From the NCBI RefSeq assembly GCF_000027125.1, contig NC_017626.1: DNA of 64,000 nucleotides; one strand, 5' to 3'. Positions 45,110 through 55,108 of the stretch are shown one piece after another. The translations under genes were made by a program, and so were the position numbers. Numbering within the stretch: the stretch's first letter is position 1; every line of letters starts with the position of its first letter. The notes under the pieces are model-generated. The model made no database searches and had not been told where the DNA came from. It saw nothing but the letters and a program-made list of their open reading frames with translations. The DNA comes from Escherichia coli 042. GTDB lineage: Bacteria; Pseudomonadota; Gammaproteobacteria; Enterobacterales; Enterobacteriaceae.

Positions 45110-45297
45110 TGACCATCAGCGATATCATTGAAATTATTGTCGTTTGCGCACTGATATTTTTCCCGCTGGGCTATCTGGCGCGGCACTCTTTGCGACGCAT
45201 TCGCGACACCTTACGTTTGTTCTTTGCTAAACCTCGTTATGTTAAACCGGCCGGGACGTTACGCCGCACGGAAAAAGCCAGGGCAACCAAAAAATGA
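45106..45297 (+). CDS. bcsF: Small membrane protein BcsF
   Basis: 63-aa single-TM ORF overlapping the bcsE stop and the bcsG start by 4 nt each. Confidence 0.88.
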
Positions 45298-46973
45298 CTC
45301 AATTTACGCAAAATACCGCCATGCCTTCTTCCCTCTGGCAATACTGGCGCGGCCTTTCCGGCTGGAACTTCTATTTTCTGGTTAAGTTCGGCCTGTTGTG
45401 GGCGGGATATCTTAACTTCCATCCGCTCCTCAATCTGGTGTTTGCCGCGTTTCTGCTGATGCCCATTCCGCGCTACAGCCTGCATCGCTTACGCCACTGG
45501 ATTGCCCTGCCGATCGGCTTTGCTTTGTTCTGGCATGACACCTGGTTGCCTGGCCCGGAAAGCATAATGAGCCAGGGTTCGCAGGTGGCGGGGTTCAGTA
45601 CCGATTATTTAATCGACCTTGTCACACGCTTTATTAACTGGCAGATGATTGGGGCCATTTTTGTTTTATTAGTGGCCTGGTTATTCCTGTCACAATGGAT
45701 TCGCATTACCGTTTTTGTGGTTGCCATTCTGCTATGGCTGAACGTACTTACCCTGGCGGGACCAAGTTTCTCCTTGTGGCCAGCCGGTCAACCGACGACC
45801 ACTGTAACAACGACGGGTGGCAACGCAGCGGCAACCGTTGCGGCGACGGGTGGCGCACCGGTAGTGGGTGATATGCCCGCACAAACTGCACCGCCAACAA
45901 CGGCGAACCTTAACGCCTGGCTGAATAATTTCTATAACGCGGAGGCGAAACGTAAATCGACCTTCCCGTCTTCGCTGCCCGCTGATGCTCAACCATTTGA
46001 ACTACTGGTGATTAATATCTGTTCGCTTTCCTGGTCGGATATTGAAGCCGCCGGGTTGATGTCGCATCCGCTGTGGTCGCATTTCGATATTGAGTTCAAG
46101 AACTTTAACTCCGCCACCTCCTACAGTGGCCCGGCGGCGATCCGTTTACTGCGCGCCAGCTGCGGGCAGACTTCGCACACTAATCTGTATCAACCGGCAA
46201 ATAATGACTGCTATCTGTTTGATAACCTGTCGAAACTGGGCTTTACCCAGCACCTGATGATGGGACATAACGGCCAGTTCGGCGGTTTTTTGAAAGAAGT
46301 TCGCGAAAATGGCGGCATGCAGACCGAATTGATGGATCAAACAAATCTGCCGATTATTTTGCTGGGCTTTGATGGTTCGCCGGTTTATGACGATACCGCC
46401 GTGCTTAACCGCTGGCTGGACGTTACCGAAAAAGATAAAAACAGCCGTAGTGCCACGTTCTACAACACGCTTCCACTGCATGACGGCAACCATTATCCGG
46501 GCGTCAGCAAAACAGCGGATTACAAAGCGCGGGCGCAGAAATTCTTTGATGAACTGGACGCCTTCTTTACTGAACTGGAGAAATCGGGTCGTAAAGTGAT
46601 GGTGGTCGTGGTGCCGGAACACGGCGGCGCGCTGAAGGGCGACAGAATGCAGGTATCTGGCCTACGTGATATCCCTAGCCCGTCTATCACAGACGTCCCC
46701 GTTGGGGTGAAATTCTTCGGCATGAAGGCACCACATCAGGGGGCACCGATTGTCATCGACCAACCGAGCAGCTTCCTGGCTATCTCCGATCTGGTGGTTC
46801 GCGTTCTTGATGGCAAGATTTTCTCCGAAGACAATGTTGACTGGAAAAAACTCACCAGTGGGTTGCCACAAACAGCACCGGTCTCCGAGAACTCAAATGC
46901 AGTAGTTATTCAATACCAGGATAAACCGTACGTTCGCCTGAACGGCGGCGACTGGGTGCCTTACCCGCAATAA
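45294..46973 (+). CDS. bcsG: Cellulose phosphoethanolamine transferase BcsG
   Basis: 559-aa ORF with N-terminal TM helices and a C-terminal alkaline-phosphatase-like domain. Confidence 0.93.
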
Positions 46974-47059
46974 GAACGAAAAAGGCCGCAGAGTTTCACC
47001 CCTGCGGCCTGATCCGGGCGCAAATTGCCATTACGGCAGCCTGACGCCCGCATGACACG

Positions 47060-47167
47060 TTACTTCCGCTTATTCAGCGAGTTCACGATCAGACTGGCAA
47101 GAATGCCAGCAATGACCGGAGCCGCTAAATCATGCCAGAAGGCCATGCCCAGTTCTGCGAGCGTCAT
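47060..47167 (-). CDS. ldr: Ldr-family type I toxin peptide (35 aa), copy 1
   Basis: MTLAELGMAFWHDLAAPVIAGILASLIVNSLNKRK; ATG at 47165-47167. The ORF-track 80-aa ORF is an upstream in-frame extension. Confidence 0.85.
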   Translation of the reverse strand: MTLAELGMAFWHDLAAPVIAGILASLIVNSLNKRK

Positions 47168-47215
47168 ATAGCCGCCTCTGTTGTAATGACAACGTTTCGC
47201 GGCTATTCTTGAGTT

Positions 47216-47283
47216 GTTTGGGTTCAAGATTAGCCCCCGTGATGTTGTCAGGTGCATACCTGCAACGTGCGGGGGTTTTCTCT
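47216..47283 (+). ncRNA. rdl: Rdl-family antisense RNA, copy 1
   Basis: Plus-strand element ending in the hairpin gcccccg...cgggggttttctct within the ldr leader; coordinates inferred from my recollection of RdlD. Confidence 0.55.
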
Positions 47284-47542
47284 CTCCAGCAACCAATGCC
47301 ACCAGGGATTAAGCCCCCGCAACATTGCGCCTCACCGGAACCCTTCCGGCTTGCCGCTGATTCTACGGCCATTTTTGTTCGTCGAAATCCATCACTTCTT
47401 CACTCTGTGCTGCGCATTCCGCAGAATATTATCCGCTTGCAGCCGTTGCATTTTTCTTACGAAAAAGGCCGCAGAGTTTCACCTCTGCGGCCTGGTCCGG
47501 GCGCAAATTGCCATTACGGCAGCCTGACGCCCGTCTGACACG

Positions 47543-47650
47543 TTACTTCCGCTTATTCAGCCAGTTCACGATCATGCTGGCAAGAATGCCAGCAATGACC
47601 GGAGCCGCTAAATCATGCCAGAAGGCCATGCCCAGCTCTGCGAGCGTCAT
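47543..47650 (-). CDS. ldr: Ldr-family type I toxin peptide (35 aa), copy 2
   Basis: Same frame and length as copy 1; C-terminus ...ASMIVNWLNKRK; not reported separately in the ORF track. Confidence 0.8.
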   Translation of the reverse strand: MTLAELGMAFWHDLAAPVIAGILASMIVNWLNKRK

Positions 47651-47698
47651 ATAGCCGCCAGTGTTGTAATGACAACGTTTCGCGGCTATTCTTGAGTT

Positions 47699-47766
47699 GT
47701 GTAGGTTCAAGAATGGCCCCCGTCATATTGTCAGGTGAATACCTGCAACGTGCGGGGGTTTTCTCT
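47699..47766 (+). ncRNA. rdl: Rdl-family antisense RNA, copy 2
   Basis: Repeat-unit copy of the rdl element with terminator hairpin. Confidence 0.5.
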
Positions 47767-48025
47767 CTCCAGCAACCAATGCCACCAGGGATTAAGCCCC
47801 CGCAACATTGCGCCTCACCGGAACCCTTCCGGCTTGCCGCTGATTCTACGACTGTTTTTCTGTTCCGAAATCCATCACTTCTTCACTCTGTGCTGCGCAT
47901 TCCGCAGAATATTATCCGCTTGCAGCCGTTGCATTTTTCTTACGAAAAAGGCCGCAGAGTTTTATCCCTGCGGCCTGATCCGGGCGCAAATTGCCATTAC
48001 GGCAGCCTGACGCCCGTCTGACACG

Positions 48026-48133
48026 TTACTTCTGCTTGTTCAGCCAGTTCACGATCATGCTGGCAAGAATGCCAGCAATGACCGGAGCCGCTAAATCGTG
48101 CCAGAAGGCCATGCCCAGCTCTGCGAGCGTCAT
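48026..48133 (-). CDS. ldr: Ldr-family type I toxin peptide (35 aa), copy 3
   Basis: MTLAELGMAFWHDLAAPVIAGILASMIVNWLNKQK. Confidence 0.85.
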   Translation of the reverse strand: MTLAELGMAFWHDLAAPVIAGILASMIVNWLNKQK

Positions 48134-48181
48134 ATAGCCGCCTCTGTTGTAATGACAACGTTTCGCGGCTATTCTTGAGTT

Positions 48182-48249
48182 GTGTAGGTTCAAGAATGGC
48201 CCCCGTGATGTTGTCAGGTGCATACCTGCAACGTGCGGGGGTTTTCTCT
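48182..48249 (+). ncRNA. rdl: Rdl-family antisense RNA, copy 3
   Basis: Repeat-unit copy of the rdl element with terminator hairpin. Confidence 0.5.
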
Positions 48250-48508
48250 CTCCAGCAACCAATGCCACCAGGGATTAAGCCCCCGCAACATTGCGCCTCA
48301 CCGGAACCCTTCCGGCTTGCCGCTGATTCTACGACTGTTTTTCTGTTCCGAAATCCATCACTTCTTCACTCTGTGCTGCGCATTCCGCAGAATATTATCC
48401 GCTTGCAGCCGTTGCATTTTTCTTACGAAAAAGGCCGCAGAGTTTCACCTCTGCGGCCTGGTCCGGGCGCAAATTGCCATTACGGCAGCCTGACGCCCGT
48501 CTGACACG

Positions 48509-48616
48509 TTACTTCCGCTTGTTCAGCCAGTTCACGATCATGCTGGCAAGAATGCCAGCAATGACCGGAGCCGCTAAATCATGCCAGAAGGCCATGCCCA
48601 GTTCTGCGAGCGTCAT
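48509..48616 (-). CDS. ldr: Ldr-family type I toxin peptide (35 aa), copy 4
   Basis: MTLAELGMAFWHDLAAPVIAGILASMIVNWLNKRK. Confidence 0.85.
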   Translation of the reverse strand: MTLAELGMAFWHDLAAPVIAGILASMIVNWLNKRK

Positions 48617-48664
48617 ATAGCCGCCTGAGTTGTAATGACAACGTTTCGCGGCTATTCTTGAATG

Positions 48665-48732
48665 GTCTAGATGCAAGAATGGCCCCCGTGGTGTTGTCAG
48701 GTGCATACCTGCAACGTGCGGGGGTTTTCTCT
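48665..48732 (+). ncRNA. rdl: Rdl-family antisense RNA, copy 4 (RdlD-like)
   Basis: gtctagatgcaagaatggcccccgtggtgttgtcaggtgcatacctgcaacgtgcgggggttttctct, the copy closest to the RdlD sequence as I recall it. Confidence 0.6.
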
Positions 48733-48991
48733 CTCCAGCAACCAATGCCACCAGGGATTAAGCCCCCGCAACATTGCGCCTCACCGGAACCCTTCCGGCT
48801 TGCCGCTGATTCTACGGCCATTTTTGTTCGTCGAAATCCATCACTTCTTCACTCTGTGCTGCGCATTCCGCAGAATATTATCCGCTTGCAGCCGTTGCAT
48901 TTTTCTTACGAAAAAGGCCGCAGAGTTTTATCCCTGCGGCCTGATCCGGGCGCAAATTGCCATTACGGCAGCCTGACGCCCGTCTGACACG

Positions 48992-49099
48992 TTACTTCTG
49001 CTTGTTCAGCCAGTTCACGATCATGCTGGCAAGAATGCCAGCAATGACCGGAGCCGCTAAATCGTGCCAGAAGGCCATGCCCAGCTCTGCGAGCGTCAT
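48992..49099 (-). CDS. ldr: Ldr-family type I toxin peptide (35 aa), copy 5
   Basis: MTLAELGMAFWHDLAAPVIAGILASMIVNWLNKQK. Confidence 0.85.
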   Translation of the reverse strand: MTLAELGMAFWHDLAAPVIAGILASMIVNWLNKQK

Positions 49100-49147
49100 A
49101 TAGCCGCCTCTGTTGTAATGACAACGTTTCGCGGCTATTCTTGAGTT

Positions 49148-49215
49148 GTGTAGGTTCAAGAATGGCCCCCGTGATGTTGTCAGGTGCATACCTGCAACGT
49201 GCGGGGGTTTTCTCT
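49148..49215 (+). ncRNA. rdl: Rdl-family antisense RNA, copy 5
   Basis: Repeat-unit copy of the rdl element with terminator hairpin. Confidence 0.5.
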
Positions 49216-49574
49216 CTCCAGCAACCAATGCCACCAGGGATAAAGCCCCCGCAACATTGCGCCTCACCGGAACCTTTCCGGCTTGCCGCTGATTCTACGA
49301 TTGCTTTTTACCGTCAGCACCCGGCAATCTTCCTCATTGCGCGATGCCTTCCAGCTTAATTTCTTTATTTGCAATAGTTGCAGTTCATATCCGGGCTGAC
49401 TCCAGACTGGTAGTGAAATGCGCAATTTTGTAGAATTGCGCCTCCTCGCGACCTCCCCAGTGAATCTGTTGCCTCATTTTTTACATACTGCGTATTCGAC
49501 TTCTCCACCTGTTGCGCAAGAGAAACTGGGTTTATTCATTTTTGCGAGGCCGACTTCTTTCTGGACAGGACTTT

Positions 49575-50846
49575 ATGCAGCACAACACACTACCGAAACA
49601 CGATCAGAAATTGCCGTTTACACGCTACGACTTCGGCTGGGTTTTATTATGCATAGGCATGGCGATTGGTGCCGGAACCGTGCTGATGCCAGTACAAATT
49701 GGCTTGAAGGGAATTTGGGTATTTATTACCGCAGCGATCATTGCTTATCCTGCCACCTGGGTAGTGCAGGACATTTATTTAAAAACCCTTTCTGAAAGCG
49801 ATTCCTGTAATGACTACACCGATATTATCAGTCATTACCTGGGGAAGAACTGGGGAATTTTCCTCGGGGTTATCTACTTTTTGATGATTATCCACGGGAT
49901 TTTTATCTACTCTCTCTCCGTGGTTTTCGACAGCGCCTCGTACCTGAAAACCTTCGGTTTAACCGATGCCGATCTTTCACAATCTCTACTTTATAAAGTC
50001 GCCATTTTCGCCGTACTGGTGGCGATTGCGTCTGGTGGTGAACGATTACTGTTTAAGATTTCCGGGCCAATGGTGGTGGTCAAAGTAGGGATTATTGTCG
50101 TGTTCGGTTTTGCGATGATCCCGCACTGGAATTTCGCCAATATAACCGCCTTCCCGCAAGCCTCCGTCTTTTTCCGCGATGTCCTGCTTACCATTCCATT
50201 TTGCTTCTTTTCTGCAGTATTTATTCAGGTACTTAACCCAATGAATATTGCCTATCGTAAACGGGAAGCAGATAAAGTACTGGCAACCCGGCTCGCGCTG
50301 CGTACCCACCGAATTAGTTATATCACGCTCATCGCGGTGATCCTGTTTTTTGCCTTTTCGTTTACCTTCTCAATTAGCCACGAAGAAGCCGTTTCTGCCT
50401 TTGAACAAAATATCTCGGCACTGGCACTGGCCGCGCAGGTGATCCCTGGACATATCATTCATATCACCTCGACGGTGCTGAATATCTTTGCCGTACTGAC
50501 CGCATTCTTTGGCATTTATCTCGGTTTCCACGAGGCCATTAAAGGCATTATTCTCAATCTGTTAAGCCGAATCATTGATACCAAGAAAATTAACTCACGC
50601 GTGCTGACTCTGGCGATCTGCGCTTTTATCGTCATTACGTTGACGATTTGGGTTTCGTTTCGTGTATCGGTGCTGGTGTTCTTTCAGTTGGGAAGCCCGT
50701 TATATGGCATTGTGTCGTGCCTCATTCCATTTTTCCTGATCTATAAAGTCGCACAACTGGAAAAACTTCGCGGGTTTAAAACCTGGCTGATTCTGCTGTA
50801 CGGCATTTTGCTATGCTTGTCGCCACTGTTGAAGCTGATTGAGTAA
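49575..50846 (+). CDS. yhjV: Amino acid permease-like inner membrane transporter YhjV
   Basis: ORF 49512..50846 trimmed to the ATG at 49575 ([36 protein letters not shown]...); 423 aa; polytopic. Confidence 0.9.
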   Translation: MQHNTLPKHDQKLPFTRYDFGWVLLCIGMAIGAGTVLMPVQIGLKGIWVFITAAIIAYPATWVVQDIYLKTLSESDSCNDYTDIISHYLGKNWGIFLGVIYFLMIIHGIFIYSLSVVFDSASYLKTFGLTDADLSQSLLYKVAIFAVLVAIASGGERLLFKISGPMVVVKVGIIVVFGFAMIPHWNFANITAFPQASVFFRDVLLTIPFCFFSAVFIQVLNPMNIAYRKREADKVLATRLALRTHRISYITLIAVILFFAFSFTFSISHEEAVSAFEQNISALALAAQVIPGHIIHITSTVLNIFAVLTAFFGIYLGFHEAIKGIILNLLSRIIDTKKINSRVLTLAICAFIVITLTIWVSFRVSVLVFFQLGSPLYGIVSCLIPFFLIYKVAQLEKLRGFKTWLILLYGILLCLSPLLKLIE

Positions 50847-50875
50847 ACCGGAGCGCACGGCCCCGGTTTTGTGAG

Positions 50876-51880
50876 TTAACGCTGCGGATTTTCATCCTGA
50901 TCAACAGCAAAACAAGCTACCAGTTGACCGCCGTAGTCTTTTAGCTGCGGCTGCAACTGGGTGCAGGGGCCGAAGCGCCGACGACAGCGGGCGTTAAACG
51001 CGCAGCCCGGCGGTGGATTGAGCGGGCTTGGCAGTTCACCGGTGAGCTTGATGCGCTCGCGGCGATCGTCCGGGTTCAGGCGCGGCGTCGCGGAGAGTAG
51101 CGCCTGAGTGTACGGATGACGCGGGTTATTGAAGATTTGGTCCTTCGTTCCCTTCTCCACGCAGCGGCCCAGGTACATCACCATCACTTCATCGGCAATG
51201 TGCTCAACCACTGACAGGTCGTGCGAGATAAAGACATAAGACAGCCCCAACTCCTGCTGCAAATCCATCATCAGATTCAGCACCTGCGCACGCACTGAAA
51301 CGTCCAGCGCGGAAACCGGTTCATCGGCAATCACCACATCCGGGTCGAGCATCAGACCACGGGCAATGGCGATACGCTGACGCTGACCGCCGGAGAACAT
51401 ATGCGGATAGCGGTCGTAATGCTCGGTTTTCAGGCCGACTTTCGCCATCATCGACAGGGCTTTTTCCCGACGCTGTTCTTTGCTTAAGCTGGTGTTGATC
51501 AGCAGCGGTTCTTCAAGAATTTGCCCGACTTTTTTACGCGGATTCAGCGAACCGTAGGGATTCTGGAAGACGATCTGGATTTTCTGCCGACGCAGCTTCT
51601 GCGCCTGCGGATCGTGCTTGAGCAGATCCTGCCCCTGGTAATACAGCTCACCGCCGGTGGGCGTTTCGATCATCGTAAGCAACCGACCGAGGGTAGATTT
51701 ACCGCAGCCGGATTCACCTACTACCGCCAGCGTTTTGCCACGTTCAAGGTTAAACGAAACGCCATCCAGCGCCTTCACCAGACGTTCCGGCGCGAACATA
51801 CCTTTCTTCACCGGATAATGTTTTTTCAGGTCGATAGCCTGCAACAGCGGTTGTTGCGAGGTGGCCTCATGCGTACTCAT
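50876..51880 (-). CDS. dppF: Dipeptide ABC transporter ATP-binding protein DppF
   Basis: 334-aa ORF with Walker [10 protein letters not shown] and ABC signature. Confidence 0.95.
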   Translation of the reverse strand: MSTHEATSQQPLLQAIDLKKHYPVKKGMFAPERLVKALDGVSFNLERGKTLAVVGESGCGKSTLGRLLTMIETPTGGELYYQGQDLLKHDPQAQKLRRQKIQIVFQNPYGSLNPRKKVGQILEEPLLINTSLSKEQRREKALSMMAKVGLKTEHYDRYPHMFSGGQRQRIAIARGLMLDPDVVIADEPVSALDVSVRAQVLNLMMDLQQELGLSYVFISHDLSVVEHIADEVMVMYLGRCVEKGTKDQIFNNPRHPYTQALLSATPRLNPDDRRERIKLTGELPSPLNPPPGCAFNARCRRRFGPCTQLQPQLKDYGGQLVACFAVDQDENPQR

Positions 51881-52860
51881 AGTGTCGGCCTCCCGGCATC
51901 ATCAAGTGGGTAATGGCATTTGGACTGACGCCCGTCAGAGAGCATATTCAGCGCCGGTTCTTCAGCGCGACATCTGTCAGTGGCATAGGGGCAGCGCGGG
52001 TTAAGCAGGCAGCCGTTCGGGCGGTCATACTTGCCGGGAACAACACCTGGCAACGACGCCAGACGTTCTTTGTCCTGAGCAAATTCCGGCAGCGCACGCA
52101 GCAATGCCTGAGTATATGGATGACGCGGCGCATGGAAGATGGCGTGGGCATCGCCCGTTTCCACCACCTGGCCTGCATACATCACGATGATTTTATGTGC
52201 CGCTTCCGCCACCAGTGCCAGGTCATGAGTGATCAACACCAGCGCCATGTTCTCTTTCTGCTGTAGCTCCAGCAGCAGTTCGATAATTTGCGCCTGAATG
52301 GTCACGTCCAGCGCAGTGGTTGGTTCATCGGCAATCAGCAGCTTTGGCCGACAGGCAATCGCCATGGCGATCATCACGCGCTGGCTCATGCCGCCGGAAA
52401 GCTGATGCGGGTAAACATCCAGACGCGATGCCGGATCGGGAATACCGACCTGATTCAGCAGGTCAATCGCCCGCTGACGGCGGGTACTTTTGTTGCCGCC
52501 CTGATGCACCTTAATCGCTTCCATAATCTGGAAACCCACGGTGTAGCACGGGTTAAGGCTGGTCATCGGGTCCTGGAAGATCATCGCCACTTCGGCACCC
52601 ACCAGGTTGCGGCGCTCTTTTTCTGAGATACGCTGTAAATCCTGACCGTTAAACTCCAGCTTTTCCGCCATTACGCGGCCCGGATAATCAATCAGCCCCA
52701 TAATCGCCAGCGAACTGACCGATTTACCAGAGCCGGACTCACCCACAATCCCGACCACTTCGCCCTGTTTTACGCTGTAGCTGATGCGGTCTACGGCGCG
52801 GAACGGTGCGCTTTCGTCGCCGAAATGCACCGATAATTTATCTACATTTAATAACGCCAT
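51877..52860 (-). CDS. dppD: Dipeptide ABC transporter ATP-binding protein DppD
   Basis: 327-aa ORF with Walker A GESGSGKS and signature LSGGMSQR; overlaps the dppF start by 4 nt. Confidence 0.95.
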   Translation of the reverse strand: MALLNVDKLSVHFGDESAPFRAVDRISYSVKQGEVVGIVGESGSGKSVSSLAIMGLIDYPGRVMAEKLEFNGQDLQRISEKERRNLVGAEVAMIFQDPMTSLNPCYTVGFQIMEAIKVHQGGNKSTRRQRAIDLLNQVGIPDPASRLDVYPHQLSGGMSQRVMIAMAIACRPKLLIADEPTTALDVTIQAQIIELLLELQQKENMALVLITHDLALVAEAAHKIIVMYAGQVVETGDAHAIFHAPRHPYTQALLRALPEFAQDKERLASLPGVVPGKYDRPNGCLLNPRCPYATDRCRAEEPALNMLSDGRQSKCHYPLDDAGRPTL

Positions 52861-52870
52861 CTCGAACCTC

Positions 52871-53773
52871 TTACTGCTTCAGTTTGGGATCGAGCGCGTC
52901 ACGCAGACCGTCACCCATCAGGTTAAATGCCAGCACCGTCAGCAGGATCGCCAGACCCGGGAAGGTCACGACCCACCAGGCGCTTTGCGCGAACTGCAAC
53001 ACGTCGGAGAGCATGGTGCCCCACTCCGGCGTTGGCGGCTGCGCCCCCATGCCGAGGAAACCAAGAGCAGCCATATCGAGAATGGCGTTAGAGAAACCGA
53101 GCGACGCCTGAACAATCAGAGGCGCAAGGCAGTTCGGGAAGATGTTAATAAACATCTGACGCATCGCCCCGGCACCTGCCACGCGAGACGCGGTAACGTA
53201 ATCGCGATTCACCTCCACCAGCACGGCGGCGCGTGTTAAGCGCACATAGTGCGGCAAGGCAACGAAGGTCAGCGCCAGCGCGGCGTTACCAATCGACGGG
53301 CCGAAAATCGCCACCAGCACCAGTGCCAACAGCAGACTTGGTAGCGCCAGCATGATATCGACCACGCGCATGATGATGTTATCGACCAGGCCGCCGAAGT
53401 AACCGGCGATCAGGCCGAGAATAACGCCCATAATCAGCGATAACACAACTACCAGACAGCCAACCAGCAGTGACAATCGCGCACCGTACATCAGACGCGA
53501 CAGCACATCACGGCCTACGTCATCGGTGCCCAGCAAGTGCGCCATGCTGCCGCCTTCCTGCCAGGCTGGCGGGGCGAGCAGTGCATCGCGGAACTGTTCC
53601 GCCGGGTTATAGGGTGCAATCCAGTTGGCAAAGATCGCGATAAACAGCACGATGACGACGTAAACCAGCCCGACGACCGCGCCTTTGTTGCGTTTAAAAT
53701 AGTGCCAGAACTCCTGTAACGGGGTCATCGGCACCGGTGCGCTAATCACTTTATTTTCAGTAACCTGTGACAT
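52871..53773 (-). CDS. dppC: Dipeptide ABC transporter permease DppC
   Basis: 300-aa polytopic [34 protein letters not shown]... Confidence 0.95.
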   Translation of the reverse strand: MSQVTENKVISAPVPMTPLQEFWHYFKRNKGAVVGLVYVVIVLFIAIFANWIAPYNPAEQFRDALLAPPAWQEGGSMAHLLGTDDVGRDVLSRLMYGARLSLLVGCLVVVLSLIMGVILGLIAGYFGGLVDNIIMRVVDIMLALPSLLLALVLVAIFGPSIGNAALALTFVALPHYVRLTRAAVLVEVNRDYVTASRVAGAGAMRQMFINIFPNCLAPLIVQASLGFSNAILDMAALGFLGMGAQPPTPEWGTMLSDVLQFAQSAWWVVTFPGLAILLTVLAFNLMGDGLRDALDPKLKQ

Positions 53774-53782
53774 GATGTCCCC

Positions 53783-54802
53783 TTACTTCTTATGACGAAT
53801 ACGCGGGTTCACCACGCCGTACAGCAGATCGACCAGCAAGTTGACGAGGATAATCATCGTCGCCACCAGCAATACGCCGCCCTGCACTACCGGATAGTCG
53901 CGGCGTTGCAGTGCGTCAATCAACCAGCGCCCCAGACCGGGCCACGAGAAGATGGTTTCGGTCAGAATCGCCCCCGCCAGCAATGTTCCCACCTGGAGGC
54001 CGATAACGGTCACTACCGGCAGCATCGCGTTACGCAGCGCATGGACGATAATCACCCGCATGCGGGTCAGCCCTTTGGCGCGCGCGGTGCGGATATAATC
54101 TTCACCTAGCACTTCCAGCATCGAGGAGCGTGTCATACGCACAATGACCGCCAGCGGGATAGTACCCAGCACAATGGCGGGCAAGATCATATGGGCGACG
54201 GCATCGATAAAGTTACCGTCTTCACCCCAGATGGCGGTGTCGATCAGCATAAAACCGGTTAACGGATTGGAATCATCGAGGAACACCATGTCGCTCACGC
54301 GACCGGAGACGGGCGTCAGGTTCCAGTGCACCGAAACCAGCATGATCAGCATCATGCCCCACCAGAAGATAGGCATTGAATAACCTGTCAGCGCCAGGCC
54401 AACCGCCGTGTGATCGAAAATGGAACCGCGTTTAACCGCAGCCAGCACACCAACCGGAATACCGACTGCCGTAGCAAAAATCATCGCGCAGACGCCAAGT
54501 TCCAGCGTGGCCTGAAAGCGCGGCACGAACTCTTCCCATACCGGGATGCGGCTTTTCATCGAAATGCCTAAATCGCCGTGCATTACGCCCCAAATGTAAT
54601 GGAGATACTGCTGCCACATCGGTTTATCTAAGCCGAGTTCAGCCAGCAGCTGCGCGTGACGCTCTGGGGAGATCCCACGCTCGCCCGCCATGATCATCAC
54701 CGGATCGCCCGGGATCATGTGGACAAAGGCAAATGTGAGAAGGGTAATACCGATAAACGTGGGGATGACGAGTCCCAAACGTCGGAGAATAAACTGCAAC
54801 AT
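53783..54802 (-). CDS. dppB: Dipeptide ABC transporter permease DppB
   Basis: ORF 53783..54958 trimmed to the ATG at 54800-54802 (MLQFILRRLGLVIPTFIGITLLTFAF...); 339 aa. Confidence 0.93.
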   Translation of the reverse strand: MLQFILRRLGLVIPTFIGITLLTFAFVHMIPGDPVMIMAGERGISPERHAQLLAELGLDKPMWQQYLHYIWGVMHGDLGISMKSRIPVWEEFVPRFQATLELGVCAMIFATAVGIPVGVLAAVKRGSIFDHTAVGLALTGYSMPIFWWGMMLIMLVSVHWNLTPVSGRVSDMVFLDDSNPLTGFMLIDTAIWGEDGNFIDAVAHMILPAIVLGTIPLAVIVRMTRSSMLEVLGEDYIRTARAKGLTRMRVIIVHALRNAMLPVVTVIGLQVGTLLAGAILTETIFSWPGLGRWLIDALQRRDYPVVQGGVLLVATMIILVNLLVDLLYGVVNPRIRHKK

Positions 54803-54900
54803 AACCCGGATTCTCTGTAGTGACCCGCAGCCTGGAACTGCGTGTCTGTATTGCTCACAAATCAATTCCCGCCCGTGCCGGACAGGGAATGAAGTATTGC

Positions 54901-55072
<172 letters not shown>

Positions 55073-55108
55073 AGTTTTGCCTTTGCCATCAGTCTTGTAT
55101 GGCTTTAA

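Larger units (their letters stand above)
46976..49297. repeat. Tandem array of five 483-bp long direct repeat (LDR) units, each an Ldr toxin / Rdl antisense RNA type I toxin-antitoxin module; last unit truncated
   Basis: Ldr stop codons at 47060, 47543, 48026, 48509 and 48992 are exactly 483 bp apart. Each unit begins with the hairpin aaaaaggccgcagagtttcacc(c/t)ctgcggcc (ldr terminator on the minus strand). The last unit diverges after about 49297. Confidence 0.9.

Noticed and set aside
46976-49297. Possible CRISPR array, given the regular tandem repeats
   Set aside because: The repeat period is 483 bp with no short repeat-spacer structure, each unit encodes an Ldr peptide and an Rdl-like RNA, and there are no cas genes. 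It is an LDR type I toxin-antitoxin array.
47060-49359. 80-109-aa ORFs reported on both strands throughout the LDR array (for example 47060..47302, 47130..47372, 47209..47538)
   Set aside because: These are overlapping frames generated by the same repeated sequence. Only the 35-aa Ldr frame with its ATG is accepted as a CDS; the rest are frame artefacts or upstream extensions.
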